A stretch of DNA of 64,000 nucleotides, taken from Phyllosticta citribraziliensis (taxonomy: Eukaryota). The position numbers and the translations under genes were made by a program. Of this stretch, positions 44,462-57,363 are shown one piece after another (position 1 is the first letter of the stretch; each line of letters opens with the position of its first letter). The notes beneath the pieces were generated by a model. It did no database searches and was not told where the DNA came from. It saw nothing but the letters and a program-made list of their open reading frames with translations. The stretch spans positions 124,001-188,000 of the forward strand of contig NW_027117344.1 in assembly GCF_038025025.1 (NCBI RefSeq), in the 5' to 3' direction.

Positions 44462-46789
44462 CTTGAGCGGAGAGCTTGACCCTGCGGCGGAACACATTGG
44501 AGGGCGGCAGCTTGGGATATGGGGGGCACAGTTTTGGTCGGGCGGGATACTTGGGGCGTTTCGGTCAGGCATGAGGTTGGAGAGAATGGGTAGAGAGCTC
44601 CAATGTTGAATGCTCCCTGCGTCCTTCAGAACGGTTTCTCTTGTGAGATGGATAGGCATAATGGAGCTGCTGTCTGCCGACTTCGAGTCGTGATCTACAA
44701 CGTGAGACTACGCCCTTTGAATGTTGAAACATGAGCGCGATGTCGAAAAACGAGGAAGTCAATGGTAGTGTGTCTGACCCAAGGATGCACCCTGACCCGA
44801 TGGAAGACAGCAGAGGGCCTTGGCCGCTGGCATGCCCGCCCTCAATTCAACTGCTTTGGTGAAAGGAGTAGTCGCAGCGGGTGCCGAAAGATCTGAGGCT
44901 CGCAAGTTCTAGCCGCAGCAACGAATGACTGCTCCCTAAGCGCATCAGTGATAGCGGATGAATGCTTCCAAGGTGTCACTGTTACCTCGGACGACTGCTC
45001 CTTGGGCGCACTCGTGGCATTGTACGTATGTCCTGGCCGACTGTCGCAAGAATTCGGTGTCTCCGATCAGACAAATCTCAGGACGACATTCCCAAAGCCT
45101 CGCCCGTTTCCTGGGCGGCTCACCGCAGCTTGAATCATCGTCGATTGTGCCGAGCTCTACTCGACGTCTCTTCCTGCTAATGACTTGCCAGAAACAAACA
45201 GGTACTTGCTTATATAAACAACAGCGGAGATTGTGGTAGTGTCCAGCAAGATCGGGTGTCGGGTGTGCCTGTTCCGGCAAACGGGTCAAAAACGTCGGCC
45301 AGGGTACGCGCGCAAAGGCCGCGTCTCCTACGTCAAAGAAGAGGCTGTATTGACAAAGCGATGGGGCTCCGAAATAGATTCATGGAGAGGTAGTGCAATG
45401 GAGGCTCCGTTTCAGCAACACCAGCCGCTTGTCCATGCGCCGGTGGCGCCGCGGCTAGCGGCCAGCGGCGAGCGTCTTTGGTGGGGCGAGTGGATTGCCG
45501 CGTGCGAAAGCTGACTCGTACGAGAAAGGTTTGCCCCAGCAAGCATCTCCCAGAGCCCGTCCTAGTCCTTGGCTACGGTAACGCGATAGCCCGAGATATG
45601 TCGCAGCCCGCAATCGAAGGAAGCCAACGCTGATACGAGAACAGTCGATGGCAAACAGGGGAGCCACAAGTACGTCGCGCGTCGGGACCGCGCGACCTGA
45701 CGAGCAACAGTCGTTCCAACATGCTCTTCCGAACAAAATGACAGCGTTGCACTTCAGGCATCGGTATCTGGAGTCGTTAGGTGAAGTCTTCGGAGGCATG
45801 AGAGAAACAAGATGGGGTTGGTTTAAAGTTTCGCTTACATCGGGCCGGGCCGTCTCCACAGGAGATGGTGGAACGCTCCTTCGCACGCCACACAAACAAA
45901 CGAACGGTCAATGAGACATGCTATGCTAACGAGAAGGCTGGAAAATGGTGATTTTGCAAAGAGCTGGAACGTAGTTGTGGAATTCTTGCCCATTTCGTCC
46001 TTGATTCCCGGGGAAATCGACGATTGCTCCACAATGGCCCAGGCTGGCAAGATCTGGCGTCCGCGAAACCTCAGCCACATTCTCCAACTTCTGGGAGAAT
46101 GATCAAGATCAAGATAAACAATCTCTTGGTGGCATTGCTTGATGGCACGCCGCGCAGTAGTTGTCCATCAGATCCAATTCAAGCAGAAAACGACGCTCCC
46201 TGACTGAGCCGCAGGTCCAACGTGAGCAAAGCTCACTCATTATCCGCAAGCGGAAGCGCCATGAGCTTCGCGATCGCTCTGCTCAGCGACCGGCTGTGGG
46301 CTGTGTTCAAAACGTAATCCATTTTGTCCGGGAAAAGACAAATTCTGATGGGAAATAGGATGAGCTGTCAGCTTTCTGGCTAAAACTCGATTGGGTTGTT
46401 GAACTTACGGGTAGAGTGTCGCATCGGTGGTTGTTTGAAAATGGGGCAAATGGATGGGCCTGACGGATGGCGGGGAAGTCAGAAGGTGGACGCTTGGGTG
46501 GTGTTGGTGGTAGATCTGGCGCCCGTACATTTTGTTGTGCGGCCAGCCACTTGAGGGCACCCGGACGCCTGGATCCAAGCCTGCTGCCCGGTAGAGGAAG
46601 GAGCACCATCAAGCGGCCCACAAACAATTTTTGGACCTTTTTGTGTACGACCCGCCACGTTTTTCCTGATCCACTGATCCTTGCACCCGCACTGCTCCAC
46701 CACCATCCACCATTCACAACCCTCTACCATCCTACATTCAAGCTCTACGGAACACCTTTCCATCCCAAGTCTGGTCGGACGAGTATTCC

Positions 46790-49181
46790 ATGGCGCCTGA
46801 GTATGATGCACCAGCTGGCCGCTCGCCGCCTTCCCACCAGCCAGCAGGTGAAAGGGAAAAGAGTCAGGTAAGCGTTCAGAATCAAAAAAACGGCACGGAC
46901 TGACGACCTCTTCAGATCATGGAGGAAACGGTCCCTCACGTGAAGGGCTCGAGCAAATTCTCTACTCGGTCTCCATGCAACACCCCGTTCCGTCCAGGAT
47001 CTCTGACGACGACGCACTCGTGCGACCCCGACGGCAATGCAAGTCCCAGGATGATTAGGATTGGCATCCGCTTACATGCTTCACAGAATGATGCGGATCC
47101 ACCGCACTCGGAGAAAGACCCGAACAGCTCTGCCACCGAGGAGGAAAGCACCGCGGTCCAGATCATTGACGAGATCCCTCGCCCGGACATTACACCCATC
47201 CTCACCTGCAATCGATGCTCGAAGGCGGTAGACGGCAGCGCGAAGAACGACATGGCTTGGGAGTGCACCTCATGTTCATCCAACGGCGGGCACTACATCA
47301 TTTGCTTGGAGTGCTTTCTTCATGAGCCAGTGTGTCTGTCGGCGTGTCACTCTTTGGCGTGTTGGTCGGTTTTCGAGGGCGGAGACCTTGCCGAGAGAGA
47401 CACATACTTGGATAAGCCCAAGGTATGTCGTCGACCGATCATCGTTGAAACCCTTTGCAAATGCTGACGCGCGGTACCAAAGGACGTTGAGCTTTCTGTC
47501 CTGCCTGGCGAAATGAATCCATTCCGTTGGTCCACGACGCGCATTGATTTTCAGAAGGCGGTTAGAGTCATGCTCTACAAGGCCAAGAATATCAAGCCGG
47601 GCCTTGCCTCCGAAAAGTAAGACTTTCACATTGTGACCTCTCTACACGTACTGATTCGGAAGTAGCACCTACCGAGAGCCCATCTCTCGGCACGATGGCC
47701 GTGATGAACAGCCGAACGCGCAGCCCCCAGTCCAGCTGCCCCCCGTCAGCCTTGAGCCATTGGATGATTGGTCCCCGATGGACATTCCCTCATTTGTGCA
47801 TGACAACCTCAGGTACTTGGGTGTGGGAAAGCCCACATTAGTGCAAGGCGAAATCTTCAAGTGAGTGCCGTCTGTCTTACACATTGGCACTTTAAACTGA
47901 CAAAACAATCAAGAGTCGTCGCCCGGAAACAATACAACTCCCTCATTGCATCAGAATTCTCGTCGGGCAAGACCTTGGGAATCTGCGTGGCATCCATCAA
48001 ATTTGCCAACAAGCTGGTCATGGATATGAAGTCCTCGATGCCTGAGGGCTGGGTTACTGAGCGCAAGGAGCCCAAAGTCGTTATACTTTGTCCTGTCCGC
48101 GAGCATGCCATGCAAACATTTGAGGCCTTGGACGCGTTGACGTACCGCGGCCCCATCAGTGTGGCAAGCGTCATCGGTGGGTACAGCAGGCGACACCAGG
48201 TTTCGCAATTGCGCCAGGGTTGTGATATCATCGTGGCCACACCCGGACGACTTCTAGACATCGCGAGCAATCCCAACGGGTTGTGGTATCGGCATCCGAT
48301 CGTCGATGTCCCCTTTTTCGTTATGGACGAGGTCCAAGCGTTTCTTGACGATTCCTTTGCTCAACAGATGCAAGATCTCTGGAAAAGCAGTGAGTCGCCA
48401 AGCATACTGTTCTATTTGAGCAAACAACTGACGCGTATTAGAAATCCTAAGCGATAGCACCATGCTCAGCTTCTTTTCCAGCACCTTTAGCGAAGAGTTG
48501 GTCGACAAAGTCGCAGCAATTCGCAGGTTCCGTTTGCATGTGTCGACAATCCCTCGAGACCATGTTCCAAGTCAGATGCTGCGTATGGCCAACGTCTTCC
48601 TGCCCGTCGTCGACGAGCCGCACTTTGGCACTATCCGCCTCATTATCAGAGGCAGGCCGGGTGACACCAGACAGGGAAAGGTGATGATCTTCGCCAATAC
48701 CCGCGCGCAGGTGGATCTACTTGGTAAAAGGCTCCAAGATGTCCATGGACTTGTTGTGCGCTCGGGTCAGCAAAGCCAGGAGAAGCGTGAGTGGGCCCTG
48801 CACGAAGCAGAGAATCGAACTGCCCGAGTAATCATCACGACGGACTCGTACGCAGTTGGCGTAAACATTCCCGACGTCTACTACGTCATCCACGCGTACC
48901 TCCCCTCTCGAGCGACTGGATCTGAGCTCGACTCGCCCATGATTCGGTATATTGAGCGCAATTGCCACGCTGGCCAATTCGGCAACTCGGCATACAGTCT
49001 AGCATTTTACACCAACAACGATTCCAAGTTGTTTCCGGAATTGGCCCGCCATCTTGTGCGGGTTCGTCAGAGCAGGGATGAAACCGCGGTGTATGAGAAG
49101 TTCAAGAGTGGCGAGATCGTTAAGCCAGATCAAAAGGAGGACGACACAACAACCGTCACCGACGCGAACAAGGCAACTTGA
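46790..49181 (+). CDS. ZZ-type zinc finger + full two-domain degenerate DEAD-box helicase-like protein H7
   Basis: Six exons. CNRC..WECTSC..ICLEC..C...CH, Q-motif WSPMDIPSFVHDNLRYLGVGKPTLVQ, SSGKT, CPVREHA, IGG, ATPGRLLD, MDEVQ, FSSTF, KVMIFANTR, QEKRE, TTDSYAVGVNIPDV, YIERNCHAGQFG. Confidence 0.85.
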
Positions 49182-49480
49182 TCTGGCTTGCCCTCTGAAC
49201 ACAAGGTCTTGGTGCACTTTTCGCTTTCAAACGTCTTGAAACGAGCTTTGAAATCCCTCAAGGTCCGGGACGATTGGTATATGCTTTGATATCCCTCAAA
49301 GTCATAATGGTTAAATGGCCTGCATGGTGCTGCAGGCTTTCATGAATTGGTTTTGCTGGTGGAACATCTTGGTCCATAGCATCAGTACGAGGAATCAAAT
49401 CTTCTGATTCACTGCTCTTGTTAGTTAGTCCGGTTACTTCATCTCTTTGTGTCTACTTCCTTCAACCCAAACAAAAAGAA

Positions 49481-51551
49481 ATGCCCTTGGTCGACAAGGG
49501 AGACATTCAGGAAGATAATGGTAAGCCTTGGGTACGGTATGTTTGTCATGAAGTGACAGCGCTGACTGAGGCAGAGTTCGTGGCAAGAGAGCTGATACAA
49601 TACCACAGTAGGCGTCGAAAGAAATGAGACCTACCGGCAATATGAGTATGTCTAAGGAGCAATCATCCACTGCTCCAGCTGCACTTCAGGATGTTCAATT
49701 TGCTGCTGCAGCTGTGTGCAAGGAGCATTCATACACTGCTGTAGGTGCGCTTTGGAAGCAGTCGTTCGTTGCCGCAGCTGTGAGCAAGGACCATTCGTGC
49801 ACTGCTGTAGGTGCGCCTGGGAAGCAGTCGTTCGTTGCCGCAGCCTCATTGTTTTCGACACTCACAGTGGTTCCGCCCCGTCGACCCGGACAAGCAACTT
49901 CGATCACAGTTTGGATTGGTGTTCGGCGTCCAGTTCCCCCGGGACACATCAATTGGTTGTACGCAATCAGCGAACAGCCTCTGCAGGACAGTCGAAGCCC
50001 TTTACAGACCTTGACCAACAGGGCTCTAACGTGCAATCATCAAGTTTTCGGACGCTATTTGGCCCGGCGGTACCTGAGGCACCTCTCGCCAGGTCTCGCC
50101 CAGCTACCGTTCAGCCAAGCGCCTACCAAGGCACAAAAGGCTAGTCACAGAAGAGTCGGGTAAGTCGATCAGCCTTTCGCTTCGTGCTGGAGCAACTACT
50201 CACTTTCGAATACAGCGGACACCGAGTCTCCAATCGATTTGACAGCTCTCCCTTCATCTCCAATGTCTCCTATTTCTCCGAGTCCCTGCCAATCACTCTG
50301 CCAACCACCGCATATAGAACTTGACGGTCGTTCTACTTCTCCGGGAGGCCCACGGGACAACGACAACATGTCCCTGGGCGACTTTGAACGCAAGTCGGAT
50401 GGTGAAAACAATTGGGATGCAGCGTCGACGAGAGACTTGGCGGGATATGAACACCCATCCGACGACGAATCCACCACGAGGGACAAACCGTCAGACAGCG
50501 AAGACGACCTCTTCGTCCGGACGAGAAGATCCAAGAGTATTGCACCACCTGGCGAATTGAAGAGGCCCTTGCCTTTGTCCGATTGGGAAATTCAAGCCGC
50601 AGACGAAAGCGCCGCCATAGCGAGAAGCGCGAAAAGGCCGAAAATGGACCCACAGCCCGAATCTGGCTCGACAAAAGTTTGGCGCAAGAATCCAGCACAT
50701 CCATACGCAGCGGAATCACAAGAAATTCTTGCCTGGACGTCGACCGAGCATCCGAACGGCAAGAGAGATTGGAGCATCATCGACGGACCCAACAGTCTCA
50801 TACCTCGACGGATCATGAAAGCGAAAGAACCCACGAGGAAGACTTGCCGGGATAAGCAGATCCAGCAGTTCGACGAAACCGAGTTTATGATCGAGCTGCA
50901 GGCTAATGCAATGCTCCACTTGAAGATATTCTTCCCGGATCTGAAAGCGTGGGACATTTTGGAAGGCGAGTCCAATTTTCGAGGCCAATCCGGACCTGTT
51001 CGGCGACACCCCCCGGGGCCGTTTATCACTCCATTGTTTGTACATGGAGGGAGATCTGGACGATAGCATCCCCACGAGTAAGGAATATTCGAGATATACG
51101 TATCCGGTCACATGGTTTTGCGAACGCCACGAGCGAGCCGAACACATGGACTTTAACTTGGGTACCGCGTTTCTCATGGGCTGTGGCTTGTTTTCGCGGG
51201 ATCAGCATGCTGCTACCGTTGCGCATGAAGCCGGCATCATTGTACGCGGCCACTTTTGCGGCCCAGCAACAACCAGCGTGTTGTGATTGGCGGATGGGTG
51301 CATGTGTCTGGCAAGGCCAGGTAAGCCTGCCCCGTGACCTGATAAGCAAAGTTGTGTGGCTCGCTGAGCGTGGGGCGCTTTTTTGCATCTCGCTTTTTGC
51401 ATATGGAAGGCAGACCAGCAGACGAATGCTGCTTGGGACTACGCTACCACCGCGCACGAACGCTCCCTGGTATCATAGCTCAGGCAACCACATAGACCAC
51501 CGCTCTTCAGCACGACAGTTGCTTCCCGAGAGCCCAAGCGCGTCTCGATAA
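49481..51551 (+). pseudogene. Probable fragmented gene or relic of unknown function
   Basis: Chain of abutting or overlapping + strand ORFs in shifting frames (49624-50163, 50239-51066, 51038-51286, 50949-51551) behind an ATG with a GTAAGC intron donor. No recognised domain. Confidence 0.35.
49705..49845 (+). repeat. 66-bp tandem duplication (2 copies + partial)
   Basis: AAAVCKEHSYTAVGALWKQSFV / AAAVSKDHSCTAVGAPGKQSFV at 49705-49770 and 49771-49836. Confidence 0.92.
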
Positions 51552-54500
51552 TTATTTCGCCGCGATATTACAAACATTCGGTAGGATGGCAGCGCTGGCT
51601 AGGGTCGACGAGCTCACCGACTCCTATCGTCCCAAAAGTCAGAAGACTAAAATGTCGTGCATCGCCCGTCCGTTCTCCACGAATCCTTCCGTTCCATCCA
51701 TCCACCCGCCAATCCAACGGACAGTCGCGAAACAGTGGCCAACAGCATCACAAAGAGAAGGACCAGCCGATCATTGCGGCGGCGATTTGACAGGTAGCCC
51801 GGCGACGCGTCAGCGCTGTGTCTCTTGTCATCGTGAGACGCGGCTAGCCGGTGCGGAGGGGAAGTGAGAGGGAGGGCAAGTCGAGCCGCGGAGGCGAAGT
51901 TAGGGGAGGCGGGGAAAGGAAAGAGAAGTGATGGGGACGCGGACGGCGTGAGTCGGCATTGTGCGCGTCGTGCCGTGAAAGAGCTGGCTGCGCAGAGAAA
52001 AACAACCGAACGACCTTCAGATCAGGGGTCAGGGGGCCAGCACGCGCAGCGCCCCCTCTCCCTCGCCCCCACCCCCATCCCACAGCTCGGCTCGCCCCGC
52101 CCACCCTTTTGGCCTTTCAGCGCTAAACTCCCTCCCTTCCTTCTCTTGGCTTTACCATCCGTCGCGACGCCCGTCCCGCCCATCATGCGTTATGCGTTTG
52201 ACGCCGCGCTTTATGCGTTTGACCAGCGCTTCTTCATGCGTTTGACGCGGGTTTCGCCCGCTGTCGCTTTCGCCGCCGCCACTGCCAAGGCTGCGCTTTT
52301 TCTTTCCTTTGCTTTCTTTTCTTCTTCCGTTGCTGTCCTGTGATTTGTGCGCGCTGGCTTTGCGGGGGTTGGCGTTGTTGCGGTGCTGCGGACGCGCATA
52401 CGCAACAATTAAAGAAAGAAAACCGCGCTGCTTCTGCCCACTCTCCTCCGCTCTGCTCTGCTCAGATCTGCGCCCGTCGGATTTGCGGACATAGCGAGCA
52501 GGCAAGCGCACCGCAGGCAAGAGACGATGGGGATGGTGGGATGCGTGTGGCCAAGGACGCCGTTCGCACGAGCTCTCGAGCGGGCGTGAGAAGACAGCAT
52601 GGAGGGTGCAAGGTCAACCAACGGCCGAGGACCAGCTGAGTTCGACAGCTAGCTGCCTGGTAGGTAGCCTGGGGCCTTGGCAGAGAGCTCGGTGCGCTGC
52701 CGCGGTTGGGTATGGTGAGTAAATGCCGGCAAGTGTTTTGGTTCTGCGGACGACTGGATGAATCTGGACGGAAACAGAGATGAAGGAAGATAAAGCTTGT
52801 GGGCAGGGACGATGCGACGATGTTCATCAGGCAACCGAAGGCGAACGAAGGGAAAGCGGTGGTGCTGCGCGCTAGAACTGCGAACAGCAAACAGCGCGCG
52901 ACGCGCGAGAGCTGTTCAATCACGCAAGGTATGAAGGCGCTGCTGCAGCGTAGGTAGGTAGGTACATTCAAACTGCACGCACGTACTGTACCTGCAGAAC
53001 CACACCATCACCACCGCACCACCACCACCACGACCACCACGGCCGCCACCACCCAAACCCACAAACCCTCCATCCGATCCAACCAACAGCCGCACCAGCG
53101 ATCGATTGGAACGACTTCGATTCGATGCGCTGGGCCGACCGACCGCTCTCCGCACGCCACTTCCCTGCTCGCATCACCCGCGGGCGGGCGGGCGGGCATC
53201 TCCAGTACTGTACACACTCTGGCTGAGGAACAGCCGACGGACGGAGGACGGACCGACTGCCGCGTATGCGTGCGCCCGCCCGAAAGTACATGTAGGGAAG
53301 GGAGGAGAGAAAGCATATATGACGGCACTGTAACGCCGGCCCGTCAGGGTCAGTTCAGCGCGTGGCTCGACGGCCGGCAAGCAGTCAGCGAGCGAGCATA
53401 CTGATGGACAATGATACCACTCAGCCAATATTCGTATCTGTATCGTCATCATCATCAATGACGACACTCGCCGAAACTCTGTCCGGGTCCCCCCCGCCAA
53501 AGCGCGCGCTTACCCCACATGAGCCTGTTTCCCGTTCGCACGCACGCGAGCGAGAGAAGCGCATGTGTGTGTGTGGGGTGGGTGGGGGTATCCCTGCGTG
53601 CCCGTCTGCCTGCCTGTCTGCTTGCCTGTGTGCGGGCGGGCGGGCGAACGTTGATTGATGCAAGAGACAAGAGACAAGAGTCTGCCCATCGAAATAGCGG
53701 AGAGCAAAGTAAAGAAAAGCGCGAGTGCACGGCGACGTTCTTTTTTCTTTCTCTCGCAGACAGACAGCTACCGAGCCTGCTAACCAACCTCCAACCAACC
53801 AACCAACCTACAACAAAACGAAAAAGGTATTAATGCGGAGGGGTAAGGCGAGTTCAAGCATCAGGAGGGTTCGAGTTCGAGTTCGAGGTTATAGAATGGA
53901 ATGAGAGAGAACGGAATGGAATGGAGCATTGATAGTGTACAGGGTATGATGGATGATGGTAATAATAATAGTGATGATGATGACGATGATGGTGATAATG
54001 ATGTGGTATGAGAAAACCAAACGACAAGGGAAGTGAAGTGGTACGGGGTAGAAGGGAGAGAGAGAGAGAGAGAGAGAAAACCGGGAAGGAAGCCACTCCA
54101 CACCACAACAACCTCAATCGACACACAATGACGGCCTCGACGACAATGACGACGACAACATTGATGAGATGGATGGATACCGTTCGTGCGATGTGAGTGT
54201 GAGTGTGAGTGACGAGAGAGACGAGCGAAAAGCAAGAGCCGCAGCCCCACAGCGAAAGAACAACAAGCAAACAAAAACCCGAACATGCCCGAAAAGTTAG
54301 ACGTTGCGCTGTCCTCCCCAAACCCGCCTTTAGTGCAGTTTGATATGACGACTGATAGTGAGACCGACCGGAAGAGTGCTGCTGCTCCCACCTCCTTGCC
54401 AGAGGGGGAAAATCAAAACAAAACCGAAGAAGAAAAGAAAGATAAACATGGGGGAACAAAGGAAAGAGAACGCCAGATGATTCGCGCGTGCGTGCCGTCC

Positions 54501-54657
54501 AGTCCAGTCCGAACAACCCGAAAATTTGCCCAAAATAAACCCCCCATTCGCTCGCTTTCCCAACCAATAATTCCCCATCTTGGTGCTGCTGCTGCTGCAA
54601 GTACCAGACGTAAAATCATCAAGACATGTCCTGCACTGGCCTCCAGCCAGGCCACGC

Positions 54658-54686
54658 CTAGAAGCCCTGCCAGTTTTGCTGCGGCG

Positions 54687-54723
<37 letters not shown>

Positions 54724-56866
54724 TTGTTGTTGCTGCTGCGGCGGGCCCGGTGCCCACCCTTGCATGCCGGGCTGCTGCGCGGCGGCGCTGCTCTGGTGCA
54801 TGCCAAAGTGCTGGGCCGGGCTCGGGCTGGGCTGGTACGGGTTGCGTCCCATGCTGCTGTAGGCGGCCGGGTTCATGCCACTCATGGCCGAGTAGCCCAT
54901 GGGCCCGCCGGCGCCGCCGTGCATCGAGCCGGCGCTGCTCTGCGAGTGGTGCAGCTGCGGCGGCGCGTGCATGGGCGACGGCTGCGGGTGCGGCGATTGA
55001 GACTGGCCAAACTGCGGCATGTTGTGGTGCGTTTGCGACAGCGGCGACGGCGCGGTTTGAGGAGGCGGCCACATTTGGTTTTGCGGATATCCGTATGGGC
55101 TTGGCTGGGCCGGCCCGCTTCCGGGACCCATGTTCAAGCTTGGCGAACGGTGGTGCAGCTGCTGCGGTTGATGCATGGGCCGCATCGGAGTCTGCACCAG
55201 GTTGCTCTGAGCGTGCGAAGGCTGCGAATATTGCGGCGTCATCATCTGCGTTGGAGGTTGCGAGTGGGAGGGGATGCTGGGCGGTCCGAGGCCTGAAGTC
55301 GGAGCCGGCCGCGGCGACTGGACGCCCTGCTGGATTGGCTGCACGCCTTCTCCCTCGGCGGGTTGGCGCTGGTGATTTGCCAGGACGGGCTCGTGCGGCC
55401 GCTTCCAGTAGTCGTCCATGTAGTTGCTCCGGATGCCGCGCTGCTGGCCGAGACCCTTGTTGAAGTCGGCAGCATGGGCAGCCTGGTTGAGGATTTCGGC
55501 GGCCGTGCTGGGCTGCATCCTGCCCTCGTAGGCGGGTCCGGAAATCTCGTGTCGCGGCCTCTGCAGTCCGCCAAAGTCTCGAGCGCGCAACTCCTCGACG
55601 GGAGCGAGGTTGATCATGGGAAGCGGAGCGAGCGTGGTCGGATTGACGCCGGGAGGCACGTCGAGCTGCGCAGGGCCGTTGCTGTAGATGATTTCGCCGT
55701 GCGGCAGGGCCGTCAGGGCATGCGCATTGTTCGCCTCTGCTGCAGCGGCCTCTCGTTGCCTCGCCGCGCCCGGCCTCTTTTCTCCAGCGGCATCCTCCTC
55801 GGTGAAGCCCTGCTTGCGCGCCTTGCTTTCCCAGTAGTCGTCCCTAACGCGTCTACCGTTTACAATCAGCCTGCTCCCAAACTGGCGAAACATGGAGCGC
55901 GCCGTCACAATGGCAATCTGTCGCGAGCGATACGAATACGGGAGAATCTCCTGGTGTATCAAGTCGTCCTTTTCGGCCTGGGTCGCAATGATCTTGTACA
56001 GGGAGCGGTTCTTGTTGAAGAGCAGATACGAGTCGCGGTAGCCCAGGACGCGCGCACATTCCGTCGCAAGCATAAACAGCTTGTTGCCGCGATTGGGGAC
56101 GAAAAAGGTTCGGCAGCGGTATTCCCGGCCATCGAGCGGGTGGCCGTTGGGCGTGACTTTTTTCTCTCCGGCCTCGTCGAATTCGCGCGGTATGTACTCG
56201 TCGCCCTCGGGATTCAGCTGGTCGGTGGTGTGATCTCGAACTGTCGGCAATGCTTTTAGCACCGTTCCTTTGGTGGGAGTCGACTTTGGGGGGGATGATG
56301 CGCTGGGAGAGGTTTGCGGTAGAGACTGCGACTTGAGCTGCGGGGTCTGAACGGGGCCAGGCGCGGGATGATGCAGTGGCGGATGCGTCGACGGGCTCTC
56401 CGAGATGCGACTCGTCTTGGGCGGCCTGCCCCGTTTCTTGGGCTTGTCGTCTGGCGGAGGGTGTTAGTCGAAACATTGACGAGGACGAGCAAAACGCACC
56501 ATCGTCTCCCCGGTCCGTCGAGAGGACGTGTTCTGAAGCGTCGGGCGAGCGGCTTCTTTTGATGCCGCGGGGGCTTGCGTGAGGGGCGAGGTTGGCGGAG
56601 CCGGGCAACACTGGTCGCAGCACATGTTAGCAGAGGTGGTGGTTGAGAGTTGTGGGTTGAGGTTTGAGATGCGAGACGCTGACACGCGCTTGGCCTTGTC
56701 GAGCCGAGCGGTGGCGCCGGGGGTCGAGCGGGCAGGCAGGGAAGGGCGACTTACTACCTGCTGAGTTCAAGGCGGCGGGATTGATTGTGGTGGTAGGGTC
56801 CATGATATTTCCTACGCCGCCGTTCAAAGAGGCCGAGACGGGATGGTGGGAGGTGGTCGAGTACAT
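54658..56866 (-). CDS. NPL6: Chromatin-remodelling complex subunit Npl6/Rsc7-like, with polyQ tail
   Basis: DEAGEKKVTPNGHPLDGREYRCRTF...FMLATECARVLGYRDSYLLFNKN domain, AT-hook-like KRGRPPK in the spliced N-terminus, two 5' introns. Confidence 0.88.
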
Positions 56867-57328
56867 GCCCGGTCGGAAGCGCGACGGCGACTGGGTGGAG
56901 CGCGGTGACTAGCGAGCGAGCGAGCGAACGGGCGGCCAGACAGGCGGGCGGCGGGCAGGCAGCGTAGAGGAGCGCGCCGCAACGGCGACGGGGTTTGGAG
57001 CGGCGCAGCGACGAGCAGCGGTCGAGGGCGGCGACAAGAGCGGCGAAGAGGGCGCTGTGTCGGTCATGCAGATGGGGGACTTGTCGAGTGGGAAAAGTCA
57101 AGAGTCGACGGGCTGCGGTGGGTTGGCTGTGGCGGGCGGCTGCACGGTCCCGGCAGCATCGATGGAGAGAGATATTGGCTATCTCTTTTGACCCGACGCC
57201 GACGCAACCCACGGGCCCTTGTAGTCGGGACTGGAGCAGCAAGAATGTCGATGTGGGCGGTGAGGTGTGGTGGTTGGCTGGTCGAGATGCAAGGAAGCGC
57301 TGAAGGGCGAGTGGCACCGACGAGGAGG

Positions 57329-57330
<2 letters not shown>

Positions 57331-57360
<30 letters not shown>
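57331..57360. repeat. (AG)15 microsatellite
   Basis: Direct observation. Confidence 0.95.

Positions 57361-57363
<3 letters not shown>

Noticed and set aside
44470..46400. Minus-strand ORF fragments with basic (RKRRR, RKRAR) and CxxC words
   Set aside because: No coherent spliced model or family match could be built. May be a relic.
54285..56259. Long + strand ORFs (392, 238 and 298 aa)
   Set aside because: Antisense shadows of the GC-rich NPL6 coding sequence.
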